A stretch of DNA of 64,000 nt from Savitreella phatthalungensis. Lineage: Eukaryota. Below, one piece after another: positions 10,283-21,473 of the stretch. Position 1 is the stretch's first letter, and every line of letters begins with the position of its first letter. Both the position numbers and the translations under genes were made by a program. The notes under the pieces were generated by a model. It worked only from the letters and a program-made list of their open reading frames with translations, did no database searches and had not been told where the DNA came from. The DNA lies in the NCBI GenBank assembly GCA_051599415.1, contig AP039701.1, forward strand, positions 310,001-374,000, given 5' to 3'.

Positions 10283-12263
10283 GATCATCATCCTCATCAT
10301 CCTCATCTGCGTCTACTTTGCCCTTGGCTTGCAATTCGAGCTCCTTCTTACGACGCTTTGCTTCCTCTAGACCGTCTCTTGTGAATTTGAGACTAGCCTC
10401 TGTGCGTTTGATGGTGAGATCGACATCTGCTGCAGATCGGCCTTGAGCCAGATTGCCTGTGTCTGCGTCTTCTGGGCCATTGCCACCTGCAGGAGCGGCC
10501 GCAGCGGTGGCAGAAACACTCCCGAATAGGCGTTTCGTGGGGTCAAACCCGATCTTCCGTAGAGTTTGCGCAGAGAACATCCTGCCATCTGCTTGATCGT
10601 CGGCAGGCTTGCCATTCGGATCGGTCGTCTCGAAGTATTCGTGCCCTGCTGATTGCGCTGTGGTGCTCATGAGTTTTGCTAGCATTTCGCGCTCGCGCTG
10701 GCGTTGATCGGCTTCGCGCTGGAGGCGATGCACACCGCGGACTGTCGACTCGAACTCGCTCTGGCTGACCTCATTCGATTGCAGGCCGCCACCGCCACTG
10801 TAGCCTGTCACCCGGTCGCCGCCTTCGGAATGGCCGTGTTGTGTGACACCGTACTTGCGCCTCCGCTCCATCTCAGGGTTGACCTTCTGGGCGCGGCGAT
10901 ACTCGTTGCCTGGCTGCCAGGTCGACCCGCCTGATGACTTTTTGCCTGATCGAGGATCAAACAGGCGCGTCCCAACCGCAAATTCGATCCGCTTGTTGAC
11001 CTGCTTCGACAGGGCGACGTCGATGTGGTAGTCACACACGTCCTGCTTCGATGCATCGATCCAGGCACCACACCGTTGACCATCCGCCTTCATGCTCCTG
11101 CAGATTCCGAAATCAGCGGCTCGCGCGATTTCCAGAACGGCCTCCCCGTCTGCGGCTTTCAGACTCAGCCGCTGACCAGAGCCAGGGCGGGGCTTCTGCA
11201 CTTGCGGATTGAGCAGCAGTACGACCGCACCGACGGAGAGCGTCCAGTGTTGGTCGAATGCGGACTCATATAGGAAGACTGCGAGCTCCATCTGGAGATC
11301 GGTCAGTTGGAGTACGCTGTACTTGGCCTTACCGTCTTGAGTCTGCCGAGCATCTGTCTTTGCAGCAACGATGCCCCAGACCACGACGTCCTCGCATTCC
11401 CCATCTGATCGCATCTTCGCAATCTCGTAGTCCGGCGGACTGGCGAGAGCGAACAGCTGACGAATTGACATGGTCTTGTCTGCTGCCGCACAGCACCTGA
11501 CGGCGTCATTGTCGGCCACACGTCGGTCGTAGATTCGGAGCCCGGTGACGCTACAGCGTTCCTTGATTGTTGAGTCGTCTGCAGCGGCGGAAAAGGCAGG
11601 CACTGGGTTGAACTTGCTCAGCTTCCTCGACTGTGCCTTTAGACGTGTTACTGCACGCTTTTCAGCAGCAGCCTGCTCGTCACGTGCAAATTTGAGCTTT
11701 TCGTTGAAGCTGTGCTTTGGCTTCGATTGAGGCCCAGACTGGGGCACAGACTTCTGCTTCTCTGGAGTGCGTCGTAAGGAGACGTCCTTGGCTGTTTTCC
11801 CCTTGTCAATGCCAAGCAGGACGCGGGCTGGAGATACCGGTGGCTTCCGTTTTTGTGGAGAAGGAGAGCTGGCGACCTGGAGTGTGCTTCCAGTGGTAGC
11901 ACGTTTTGGACTAGCGAATGGGAGGACAGATCTGATAGACGGACTTCGACCTGGTGAAGCGCCTGTGATATGGGCAATTGGTCGAGGTGGGGGTGTCACA
12001 GGTCGAGTTGGAAGCTCCGCAGATTGCTTGTCCGATGGATTTGAGTCAAAGGTGGAGACTGTCGATGCATGAGCAGAGGACTCGGGCACGTGGATCAAGT
12101 GTGTTGCTGTGGCATCTTGGGAGTGGGCACAGTTCAGAGGTGTTTCTGCCGATGGATCTCTATCAGCGAGTTTGCGCTTCTTCTTCAGCTTTGCTCTGAT
12201 GAGCTGTTCCTTGAGGGCGATGACTTCTTCGTCATCACTCGAGTGGATGATGAGGTCGTCCAT
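10266..12263 (-). CDS. MCM10: DNA replication factor Mcm10/Cdc23
   Basis: OB-fold (VVWGIVAAK..KYSVLQLTDL..WTLSVGAVVLLLNP) plus the CCCH zinc finger FGICRSMKADGQRCGAWIDASKQDVCDYH. Confidence 0.9.
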   Translation of the reverse strand: MDDLIIHSSDDEEVIALKEQLIRAKLKKKRKLADRDPSAETPLNCAHSQDATATHLIHVPESSAHASTVSTFDSNPSDKQSAELPTRPVTPPPRPIAHITGASPGRSPSIRSVLPFASPKRATTGSTLQVASSPSPQKRKPPVSPARVLLGIDKGKTAKDVSLRRTPEKQKSVPQSGPQSKPKHSFNEKLKFARDEQAAAEKRAVTRLKAQSRKLSKFNPVPAFSAAADDSTIKERCSVTGLRIYDRRVADNDAVRCCAAADKTMSIRQLFALASPPDYEIAKMRSDGECEDVVVWGIVAAKTDARQTQDGKAKYSVLQLTDLQMELAVFLYESAFDQHWTLSVGAVVLLLNPQVQKPRPGSGQRLSLKAADGEAVLEIARAADFGICRSMKADGQRCGAWIDASKQDVCDYHIDVALSKQVNKRIEFAVGTRLFDPRSGKKSSGGSTWQPGNEYRRAQKVNPEMERRRKYGVTQHGHSEGGDRVTGYSGGGGLQSNEVSQSEFESTVRGVHRLQREADQRQREREMLAKLMSTTAQSAGHEYFETTDPNGKPADDQADGRMFSAQTLRKIGFDPTKRLFGSVSATAAAAPAGGNGPEDADTGNLAQGRSAADVDLTIKRTEASLKFTRDGLEEAKRRKKELELQAKGKVDADEDDEDDDLEILF

Positions 12264-13756
12264 AGGAAGCTGATAGGTCTATCAGAGATGCATAGCTCAG
12301 AATATGCGTTGGCATCGATTGCCTTTCTAATCAGCCTGTGGATTTGCTTGGCAACATGAAGAGAAGTGCGGGCCTGTAACTTTGGGAGCTCGCTCCTTTG
12401 AACCCCGGAGTACACGAATGCAGTGGAGTTGGAGATTCACACACAGAGAGATATACACAGGTACTGAGCGATCTATGGATGAAGGTGATGACTGGTGTAG
12501 ATGACGTTGTCTATGTAAGAGGGATGGTTGGCTGTCATCTGTGCATCCTTCAGTTGATCAACGATGATTTCCATGCTGCAGATATATGTGATGCTTCCTC
12601 AACAAGATGCAGATGGTATGTTGATCACGTGTAAGGCTCCTTTGCAGCATAAATCTATTTGCCTTAAGAGCATATCCATCCCTAATTTTATATTGAGTTG
12701 AGCTGAGCTGAGCTTTGAATCATTCGAAATGGGTGACGTACACTGATCGAATCTGGGTCTTATATCCATATATTTATATATATATGTATATATATCTATT
12801 GTAGAAGCTATATATCTGTAATTAAAGGTTCCGAAGATGCATCTATCGATTAATTAGAGAAGAGTAGAGGCATCCTTGTAAACACATAAATTATATCTCT
12901 GATAGACGTGAACAGTACTACTAAAATTTATTTCAATTATTTCAATTCAATCCTACGTAAGTACGTACGTACGTATAAGATATATCCACATGATATCGAT
13001 CAGAATAAGTGCCTACATATTATAATCACAATTTAGATTAAGGCTTAACACCTGTGTAGTATACACTACATGTACATGCACTGTACACACATAAAGCCGT
13101 CCACATCTGTGCATACATCCAACTGCATATCCAACTCCTCTTCATCATACACCAACAACTACTACACTCAGATACCAAATACACATCACTCTCACTTCAC
13201 TCACTCCACTCACCTCACTCACTTCGCTCAACTCATCTCATTCATCTACCTCTGCCTATTTGACTCAGACACCAACCTATCTGGCTCTCTATCAACCTTG
13301 ATACACCCTCTAGAGACACAGAAGAACTTCTCAGACCTTCTTCAAAAGAAGGCGCATCTCTCGAGCGAGCGCATCGTAATCTACAACAACGAGTCAGGTG
13401 ATCCAAGTCGAATACAGCATCTGACAAGCTTGGTGAATCTTTGTCCTACATCCATTCCTGACAAACACACTCTCACCCGCACATAATCGCGCAGGCTTTG
13501 GTCCCGCGTCCTCTGTCACTCACTTGCTCTCTCGCTCTCTCTACCTTTTTCGCTCTCCCTTCTCTATTCTGCGCAGAGCTCTTTCGCGAGTCTTCATTAG
13601 ACCAACCCCGATCAACTTCTCCTCTCCCGAAACAGGACCTCGCAACTACCTTGCGAACCTATCCGATGCGCACTCACTAAGCGCAGCTGCTCCATCAACG
13701 ACTTATACACCGTTCAGTTCCGAAGCTTTGTTCCTTTCAAACGTATTGATCTGATC

Positions 13757-16700
13757 ATGAGCGATAGAAAGGACGAAGCCTTCACTAGTATATTCGGCCA
13801 TGACCGCAGACCGCCAGTACGGCAACAGCCATCCGTCGATGACTATGCCCGACCTCCACAGCCTGCAGACTACGCTCGTCAGCCACCATATCCGCAGGCA
13901 CATCATACACAATCGGCGCAATACCCGCCACGTGTCCGGTCAGGTTACATTTCACCGGCAGGCTCCATGTCACCTCAGCCATCCTACGCGCAATATCAGC
14001 AGCACCCTCAACAACCTAGATGGCAACCTGCTCAGTCTGCCGTCATCGAGGACACCAACGCATACTATCCTCCGCAACCTCCACCTCCGCAGCAGCACCA
14101 ACAAATGCAGCAACAGCATCAGCAGGCCTATCCACCGCCTCGACAAGCATCGTTCCACCATCAGCAACCAGAGCGCAAGTCATCGCAGCACGAACCGAAT
14201 TATCCCGCACAATTGACCAATGTTGCTGGCGTACGTCCTCATCGCGACATGTACGAGATGCCAACAACTCGGATGGGCAATAGCGCTCCCGCGACAGCCT
14301 CCCGACAAGACCCTGAGCGCGCGCAGTCCCTTCAGTCCTATGTCACCAGGCCGAACCTTGGAGCACCACGTCACACGGGCACATCTGCAGCAGCAGTTGC
14401 AAGAGCATCTTCCGGCGCAAACAACTACTTTGTGCCCCACGCACCCGAGGCACCCTTGCCTGACGTGAACGGACAAACAGCCGCACTCCAGCCGGCACGG
14501 CGTCTTCCGCCGACACCGTCAAATGCCGACGTATCCCCTGGCGGTCGTGCGCCTACACTGCCACCGATCGATCAGCTCTATGTACAGCGGCCTCTCCAAC
14601 ACGACCATTCTCCTGGCAGAGCAGACACAGAATCCTTGACATCCACCTATCTCCCCTCCAGATCCGCATCCAACGCTACATCCATCACAAAGGGCCCAGA
14701 TCGTACGTACAGCATGTCCTCTGTCGGCACAAAGAACGCCCCGGATCGTGCCTTCTCATTCTCCAGCGGGACGACGGAGAAGCGGCCGTCCTATGCATCA
14801 CAGAAAAGCAATCATCAGCACAGTGGCAGTGGACAAGCGATTTATACCACTAGCAAGAGAGCGCCGATTGTCTACCCAGCACTTTTGTCACGTGTCGCCG
14901 ATGCCTTCCGACAGCGCATCGTCCTTGGTGAAAAAGCAAAAGATGGTCTGTCCTACAAGGACGCTTTTCTTGGATCAGAGGCGGTCGATATCATTGCGTA
15001 CATCATCCGTACGACTGACCGCAATCTCGCACTCCTACTAGGACGTGCCCTTGACGCCCAGAAGTTCATCCACGATGTCACATACGACCACCGTCTACGC
15101 GACTCGAGTCAGGATGTGTACCAGTTCAAGGAAACAATGGGTATCGGCTTCACACAGGAAGAACAACAGAATGGCATGCTCAGTACCCATTCGAGCATCA
15201 GCCAGCGGAAGAGACCATCACGTGCTCCAACGATCGACAGTGTCGACTCGACCTTGATTGATTCGACTCGAGATGGCACTGTCCTACACTCCGGAGACTA
15301 CGAGGACGACCTGCCGAATGGCGTGTTCACACTACTGACTGAGTGCTACTCGCCTACCTGTACACGCGAACGACTCTGCTACAGTATCGCCTGTCCTCGA
15401 CGACTGGAACAGCAGGCAAGGCTCAACATGCGCCTGTCTCCGGGTCTGAAGCGGGCTGAATCGCGGGGTTCGCTCACCGACGCCGCCGATGGGCAGCAGG
15501 AGAACAAGCTCTGGATCAATACGGTCTCGCAGGAAGTGGTCAACTCAGTAGACGAGCAGGAGAAGAAGCGCCAGGAGATTATTTGCGAAGCTATCTACAC
15601 TGAGCGCGACTTTGTCAAGGACCTTGAATACCTGCGCGATTTCTGGATCAAGCCCTTACGCACCTCACCCTGTATTCCCGAGGCTCGCAAGGACAAGTTT
15701 ATCCGGACTGTCTTCAGCAACGTTCTTGAGGTGCATAGCGTCAACTCTCGACTAGCAGAGGCTCTCACCCACAGGCAAAACGCGCAGGCTGTTGTTCATG
15801 AGGTCGGCGACGTCTTCCTAGAGTTCGTGCCTCATTTCGATCCTTTCATTCGCTATGGTGCACAGCAGCTCTTGGCCAAGTTCGAGTTTGAGAAGGAGAA
15901 ATCGACCAATCCTGCGTTCGCGAAATTCGTTGAGGAGACCGAGCGATTGAAAGAGTCAAGAAAGCTTGAGCTGAACGGATACTTGACAAAGCCAACAACA
16001 CGTCTTGCAAGATATCCGCTTCTCCTCGAAGCCGTGCTGAAGCAGACAAAGGACAACAACCCTGACAAAGTCAATATCCCGAAGGCTGTAGCTGCCATCA
16101 AGGTCTTCTTGTCCCGTGTCAACGCAGAGAGCGGCAAAGCTGAGAACCGTTTCAATCTGATGCAGCTCCAAGCGCAGCTCGTCTCCAAGCCGGGCGAGCA
16201 AGACTTCCAGAATCTCAAGCTCAGTGACGAGTCTCGTCAGTTGATCTACCGTGGTCCGCTTAAGAAGAAGAATGTCGGTGGTAGCTCCTCTGCAGCAGGA
16301 GCGGATGCTGCCAGTGATATTCAGGTCTTCCTCTTCGATCATGCTTTGCTGATGGCTAAGGCTAAAACAGTCAACAAGCGTGAGCTCTTGCGTATTCACC
16401 GCAAGCCTGTGCCGCTTGAACTGCTTGTCCTGCAACGTGCCGAAGACGAGCTGAAAGAGGCTGCAAAGTCGTCGAACTCTATCGCAAAGCGACCTTCGTC
16501 ATCACTCCTCCCAGGCGCCGGCAAATCGTCCATGTCTCTACCTGGTCGCGCAAGCGACAACACAAAAGGATACTCGATCACGTTCCAGCATCTCGGTAGA
16601 CGCGGCTACGTTTTGACGCTATTTGCCACGTCACTCATCTCCCGGAAGAAGTGGATCGAGACGATCGAACAGCAGCAGCGTCTTCTCAGGGAACGCTCGT

Positions 16701-17869
16701 CAATCTTCCAGCGCGTCACAGTCTGCGAGAAGTATTTCCTTGGCAGCAACAAGGTGCAGTGTGTCGTGCCGTACGATGGAGGTCGCAAGCTGATCTACGG
16801 CACCGACAACGGAATCTACGTGTCTGACCGACGACCAGGATCCGCAACACGGTCGACGCCTGTTCGGGTGCTGGCCATCCAGGGCGCTACACAGATCGAC
16901 ATCATCGAGGAATACGGTATCCTGCTTGTACTACAAGACAAGACGCTCGTCTCGTTCTCCATGGAGGCGCTCGACGTAAATGACAACAACATCACCAACA
17001 AGCGTCCGAAGAAGGTCTCCTCTCACGCCTCTTTCTTCAAGGCCGGAATCTGCCTCGGCCGCGTGCTCGTGTGTGTGGTCAAATCGTCAGTCCTTTCATC
17101 CACCATCAAGGTGTTTGAGCCAGTCGATCACCGTGGTCTTGGCAAGAAGCAGCCGGCCTTCCGCAAGCTGCTCGCTGGCGGCAACGATCTCAAGGTCTTC
17201 AAGGAGTTCTACATCCCCACTGAATCTTCTTCCATCCACTTCCTCAAGTCGAAGCTCTGCGTGGGCTGTGCCAAAGGATTCGAGGTCGTCTCATTGGAAA
17301 ATCTGGAGACGCAATCGCTGCTAGACCCTGCAGATTCGTCGCTCGACTACTTCCAGAAGCGCGAAGGTGTGCGACCTGTAGCCATCTACCGTCTGAACGG
17401 TGAATTTCTGCTGTGTTACGACGAATTCGCCTTCTTCGTCGACCGCCACGGCTGGCGTGCTCGTCCGAACTGGTGCATCCAGTGGGAAGGTATTTGCGAA
17501 GCCACCGCGCTCCACTACCCTTACATCCTCGCCTTTGAGCCGTCCTTTGTCGAGATCTACCACGTGGAAACGGCGCAACGCGTCCAAATCATCCCGGGTA
17601 ACCACATCAGGCTCCTGCACGAAGGCAGAGGCAAGATGGGCGAAGGTGGTGAGATCCTCTTTGTCTCTGACGGCGGTCCTCTAGACGTCGCAGGCCAGAC
17701 GATCGCTGCAGCCGCAGGAGACTCCGTCGTCTCAGCCCTATCCCTTCGCAACAACAACATCTCCATTCAACCAAACCAGCAAAACGGGCATCCACTCCCA
17801 CCACAGCAGTACACCCCACACCCTGGACACCAACAACAGCGATCTTCCCGAATCTCGCAACTCGAGTAG
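13757..17869 (+). CDS. ROM2: Rho1 guanine nucleotide exchange factor (Rom2/Rgf1 family)
   Basis: DEP domain (GRALDAQKFIHDVTYDHRLRDS), CYSPTC..CYSIACPRR, DH domain (TERDFVKDL..LTKPTTRLARYPLLL), PH and a C-terminal CNH domain. 1370 aa, intronless. Confidence 0.95.
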   Translation: MSDRKDEAFTSIFGHDRRPPVRQQPSVDDYARPPQPADYARQPPYPQAHHTQSAQYPPRVRSGYISPAGSMSPQPSYAQYQQHPQQPRWQPAQSAVIEDTNAYYPPQPPPPQQHQQMQQQHQQAYPPPRQASFHHQQPERKSSQHEPNYPAQLTNVAGVRPHRDMYEMPTTRMGNSAPATASRQDPERAQSLQSYVTRPNLGAPRHTGTSAAAVARASSGANNYFVPHAPEAPLPDVNGQTAALQPARRLPPTPSNADVSPGGRAPTLPPIDQLYVQRPLQHDHSPGRADTESLTSTYLPSRSASNATSITKGPDRTYSMSSVGTKNAPDRAFSFSSGTTEKRPSYASQKSNHQHSGSGQAIYTTSKRAPIVYPALLSRVADAFRQRIVLGEKAKDGLSYKDAFLGSEAVDIIAYIIRTTDRNLALLLGRALDAQKFIHDVTYDHRLRDSSQDVYQFKETMGIGFTQEEQQNGMLSTHSSISQRKRPSRAPTIDSVDSTLIDSTRDGTVLHSGDYEDDLPNGVFTLLTECYSPTCTRERLCYSIACPRRLEQQARLNMRLSPGLKRAESRGSLTDAADGQQENKLWINTVSQEVVNSVDEQEKKRQEIICEAIYTERDFVKDLEYLRDFWIKPLRTSPCIPEARKDKFIRTVFSNVLEVHSVNSRLAEALTHRQNAQAVVHEVGDVFLEFVPHFDPFIRYGAQQLLAKFEFEKEKSTNPAFAKFVEETERLKESRKLELNGYLTKPTTRLARYPLLLEAVLKQTKDNNPDKVNIPKAVAAIKVFLSRVNAESGKAENRFNLMQLQAQLVSKPGEQDFQNLKLSDESRQLIYRGPLKKKNVGGSSSAAGADAASDIQVFLFDHALLMAKAKTVNKRELLRIHRKPVPLELLVLQRAEDELKEAAKSSNSIAKRPSSSLLPGAGKSSMSLPGRASDNTKGYSITFQHLGRRGYVLTLFATSLISRKKWIETIEQQQRLLRERSSIFQRVTVCEKYFLGSNKVQCVVPYDGGRKLIYGTDNGIYVSDRRPGSATRSTPVRVLAIQGATQIDIIEEYGILLVLQDKTLVSFSMEALDVNDNNITNKRPKKVSSHASFFKAGICLGRVLVCVVKSSVLSSTIKVFEPVDHRGLGKKQPAFRKLLAGGNDLKVFKEFYIPTESSSIHFLKSKLCVGCAKGFEVVSLENLETQSLLDPADSSLDYFQKREGVRPVAIYRLNGEFLLCYDEFAFFVDRHGWRARPNWCIQWEGICEATALHYPYILAFEPSFVEIYHVETAQRVQIIPGNHIRLLHEGRGKMGEGGEILFVSDGGPLDVAGQTIAAAAGDSVVSALSLRNNNISIQPNQQNGHPLPPQQYTPHPGHQQQRSSRISQLE

Positions 17870-18024
17870 ACACTCAATGAAAGCCTGCTATGCATCCTTT
17901 TAACCAATCCCCACACGGCTAGGGGTTCTCCTCTGCGAGACGTGTTCCCCGTCTTCCTCTTCTGTAAAATTATAAACGACCGTTCCCTTCACTCACGCGT
18001 ACCTTCATGCATTGATATCATGTC

Positions 18025-19851
18025 CTATGTGGCTGTCGTCCCTGGGGTAGCTGTAGTAGCTTCGCTGAGTGCGCGATTGTATACTTCGATTGCTCGATCT
18101 ACGGCATCGAGGGTAGGTTTCATTCTGATGGTGATAGCTTGAGGATCTGCATTCTCCTTTTTTGCCAACCTTGCCAATGCATCAACGCGATCATAAGTCT
18201 TGACCAACGATCCCTTCACCTCACCCGTACCGGCCATCTTGCCTAACTGGCGAGCGTTCCGAGGATCGCCTGACATCAGCAACCTCCAGAACAGCGCGAG
18301 AAACTCCTGAGCAGCCGCATGGCACATGGCCGTCTGGAGTGACAGCGACCGTGGTAGGGAATCGTGTGCCGAAGTGTCGGACTCCGTCGTTGACGATCGA
18401 TGGGCCGCAGACAGTTTCATCGACCCGATTAACGTAGATGCGGAATCTAGATCGGCCTGTGGCAAGCCTCCAATCAAACGGCCGAGATCTAAATGGTCAC
18501 CGCGGCCTGGAAGCTCGTCGCGCATGTGGCGGAGGATTGTTTTGTCGTTCTCCGGTGAATTGTCTGTGGTTTGGGAGGTGATGGAAGTGGTGGCTGCGAT
18601 GGATGAGGTGTTGCGTAGGAATGTCTGGTGATCGCGGATGTTGAGGATGACGCGCTGGTCTTCTTGCTCTTGACGGAGGTCTGCTAGACGCATGTCGTTT
18701 TCGTAGAAGTCGCGCTCGAAGCGGTTGTTGCGAACGTCTGCAGCGACGCGCTCCGCCGGTGTCATGCCGTCCAGCATCCGCAGGGAGATGGCGTTGATGG
18801 CGTTGACGACGTCCGTTCGTTGAGGCCGCATCGTCAGGTCAGGCGCGTTACCCATCCGGCGAGAGTGGTGCTCCTCGTTGCCCTCCAGGTCGATCACGTA
18901 CGGTACAGCACTTGCACCGTCAGCTTCGCTAGCCTCAGCGCGTCGCCGAGAGATGTCAAACTCGTCGTCGTCAAGGTACTTGTCGAGCGTGGTGTCAACG
19001 GGATCGTTCATGAGGACGCGCTCACCACGAAGCTTCTTGCACAGTCGACTGACGAAGAATCGTGCCCAGAACTCTTCTTCTGTAAGTGGCGGCACTGTCT
19101 CGTCATACACACGCTTCAATAGGGGGTGCTGCTCGAATACATCACGAATCTTCTCCCGCGTCATGTTGACGCGGATCTTGTTGTCAACGGTCTTTGGACG
19201 CACTGTCGCCAGAACGTTGTAAGGGCCTCGCTGCTGTGATGTCTCGACCAGATGCGCTCTCAGTAAGTGTACTCGTGATGACCAGAACTGCGCGTTCGTC
19301 ACGCCGCCATTCACGACAGCTTCTCTGAACGTATTGCTAAGCTCTTTATCAGTACGCAAGAGGGACTGCTGGAGTTCTGTATCATTCTCCACGTCTGCAG
19401 TTGCAAGCATCTGTGCCAAGGATCTCTTCAAGGAGGCTTTGGCAGCGCCTGGATTTGCGTCCGCCACAGGAGTGCCTGCTGCATCTGGTGTGGCGGCGGC
19501 TGATGGGGAATCTGCAGGCGCTGCTCTCTTGTTGGCGACACCTTTTTGTAGAGCTGCAACGAAAGCTTCCATCTGCTTGCGAGCCTCTGGCGGAGGCGTC
19601 GCTGTGAACTTGAAGGTGTGTGCGATAGGCTCGCCACCACTTCCGGCACTCGTCGTCGCAGCGAGGGCGAAGATACGCATCTGCGCAGACGATGCGCTTG
19701 CAGGACTCGCCTGAAGGTTCTGTACATCGCGAATGGCGATGCTCAGGGCGGGCTGCGTCTGTCCTGCCTCAGTAAACTCGAGCAGATGCTCAAGAAGCTT
19801 CACTTGGCCGCCTTTCTTCTTATAGCTGACGGCAGCAGTGGCCACGACCAT
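18025..19851 (-). CDS. TFB1: TFIIH subunit Tfb1/p62
   Basis: N-terminal PH-like region (NLQASPA..AQMRIFA) and two BSD domains (ELQQSLLR..QFWSSRVHLLRA; IFEQHPLLKRVYDETVPP..EEFWARFF). ATG taken at 19851. Confidence 0.9.
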   Translation of the reverse strand: MVVATAAVSYKKKGGQVKLLEHLLEFTEAGQTQPALSIAIRDVQNLQASPASASSAQMRIFALAATTSAGSGGEPIAHTFKFTATPPPEARKQMEAFVAALQKGVANKRAAPADSPSAAATPDAAGTPVADANPGAAKASLKRSLAQMLATADVENDTELQQSLLRTDKELSNTFREAVVNGGVTNAQFWSSRVHLLRAHLVETSQQRGPYNVLATVRPKTVDNKIRVNMTREKIRDVFEQHPLLKRVYDETVPPLTEEEFWARFFVSRLCKKLRGERVLMNDPVDTTLDKYLDDDEFDISRRRAEASEADGASAVPYVIDLEGNEEHHSRRMGNAPDLTMRPQRTDVVNAINAISLRMLDGMTPAERVAADVRNNRFERDFYENDMRLADLRQEQEDQRVILNIRDHQTFLRNTSSIAATTSITSQTTDNSPENDKTILRHMRDELPGRGDHLDLGRLIGGLPQADLDSASTLIGSMKLSAAHRSSTTESDTSAHDSLPRSLSLQTAMCHAAAQEFLALFWRLLMSGDPRNARQLGKMAGTGEVKGSLVKTYDRVDALARLAKKENADPQAITIRMKPTLDAVDRAIEVYNRALSEATTATPGTTAT

Positions 19852-21473
19852 TGCGGTAGTAAGAGCAGCTGTACCAGCGAACAAGAGCGCCTCTGATTCT
19901 CCAACAGCCACTGATGAAAAGAGAAGAGACTAGGTTGAAGGTAGACTTAGCATTGAGGATGAGGTTGAGGACTGCCTTAATCGACGTCACTTCCATGCAC
20001 GTGAATTGATATGAAAAGTCAAAGGTGAATGCACGAGAAATCACAAAAGAAGTCACACACAAGTCAAGCTGCTCATTCAACGTACCCTCAATACTCAAGT
20101 CGGCATCCCTCCGTGTCTCTCGTTCTCTCTGTCTCTGATCAAGACGTCCTTCAAGCTATTCCAAGTCTGCTGACGTCAATCGCTCTCTTGTCGGCTATGT
20201 CATGGCCGGCGCAACCGTGAAGACAGATCTAATGTCACGCCTCAAATGACGCTCGTATCGAAGTAAGAACAGACTCGAGTGATGAGTCGAGTGACAAGAC
20301 TTGAGGGACTAAGGAGTCTTTGGCTGAACAGTCAGAGTCTCTGAAAATTGCCAACCTAGACTTTGACTCGCGCAAGTGAATGCTCTTCTTGACACCTTGC
20401 CACTTGGGCTTGGTCGGAGATGGAGTGGGAGTCACCTTCAGAGGTGTCTGGACGGATGCACGAGCACTGTCCCAAGGCTTCCACAGGGTCAGCCTCTGGT
20501 TTGAGCTTCTCGGAAGACATACCCATTCTGGGGCTTTGGTCTCGGCACTTTTTACCTCTCTGAACTTCAACGGGCACATGCGTTGAGAGTCATAAGGACT
20601 CAAGAGAACGAAGGACGGCGTTGCATGGCGAGCATGTGCTGCCGAGAGAAAGGTTCCAGTGGAGCACGCGTACCCGATGCTCGATGACTATTCGCTGTCG
20701 CTACCAACTGCTACTGTATACTCTGCTACTCCTAATGGTACTGCTTCTGCTTCTCCCATGTCGCTATTACTGCCTCACCCGTCTGATCAGAACAAGATAC
20801 TGCTGCTCTAATCGCGTAGAGATACCCATAGGACTTTGAAGAGGTTGGCCACGAACGGCAGCCACGGGCACAATTTTCATCGACTCGATCACACCCTCGC
20901 CAGGTATGTCGGATCTTACAGACCGAATTCATTTCTTCAGCGCATCTGAACCAGGTCGACAGCAGCAGATTTAGCTTCGACGACAAGCCCAACGACAGGC
21001 GTTCCTCGGCCTCATTTAGTACACGAGACGGGCATATCCGTTGGCGTGCTCACCATTGGCTTCAATGATAGGCTCCACTGTCGATCACCTTTATCCTCAG
21101 ATCGAATCTCTTCCAATCCCTCAGTCTCGTTTGCTCTCTTTCGACATATCGGGCTTCATCTTCTTCCCCCACGCGACCGTTGGACAAGACACATGTCCCT
21201 GAGCTGCTATTGGCTGAACCGGTCTTGATTGATCTTCGGATCCTGGATGGTAGATTGACCTGGTATCCGTCAAGGCCGTAACGTGCAGGGCAAAGCAGTG
21301 TCATGGCAAGCCATGTTGTCTGCTGGTCTGCCTAAGGAACTACGAGGTGCCCCACAGGTACACAAAACCAAGTCTACCTTCCTGCCTATAAAGCACCGCC
21401 AGGGTACCGCCCTCAAGGTTGTCCTCAATAACAGCTAGCAAACCCTGTCACAGGCATCACACCCATCACAGTC

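Noticed and set aside
20100..21300. Coding-like sequence between TFB1 and the nucleotidase
   Set aside because: Only short, stop-interrupted frames with no recognisable motif or consistent splice model; possibly a decayed gene.
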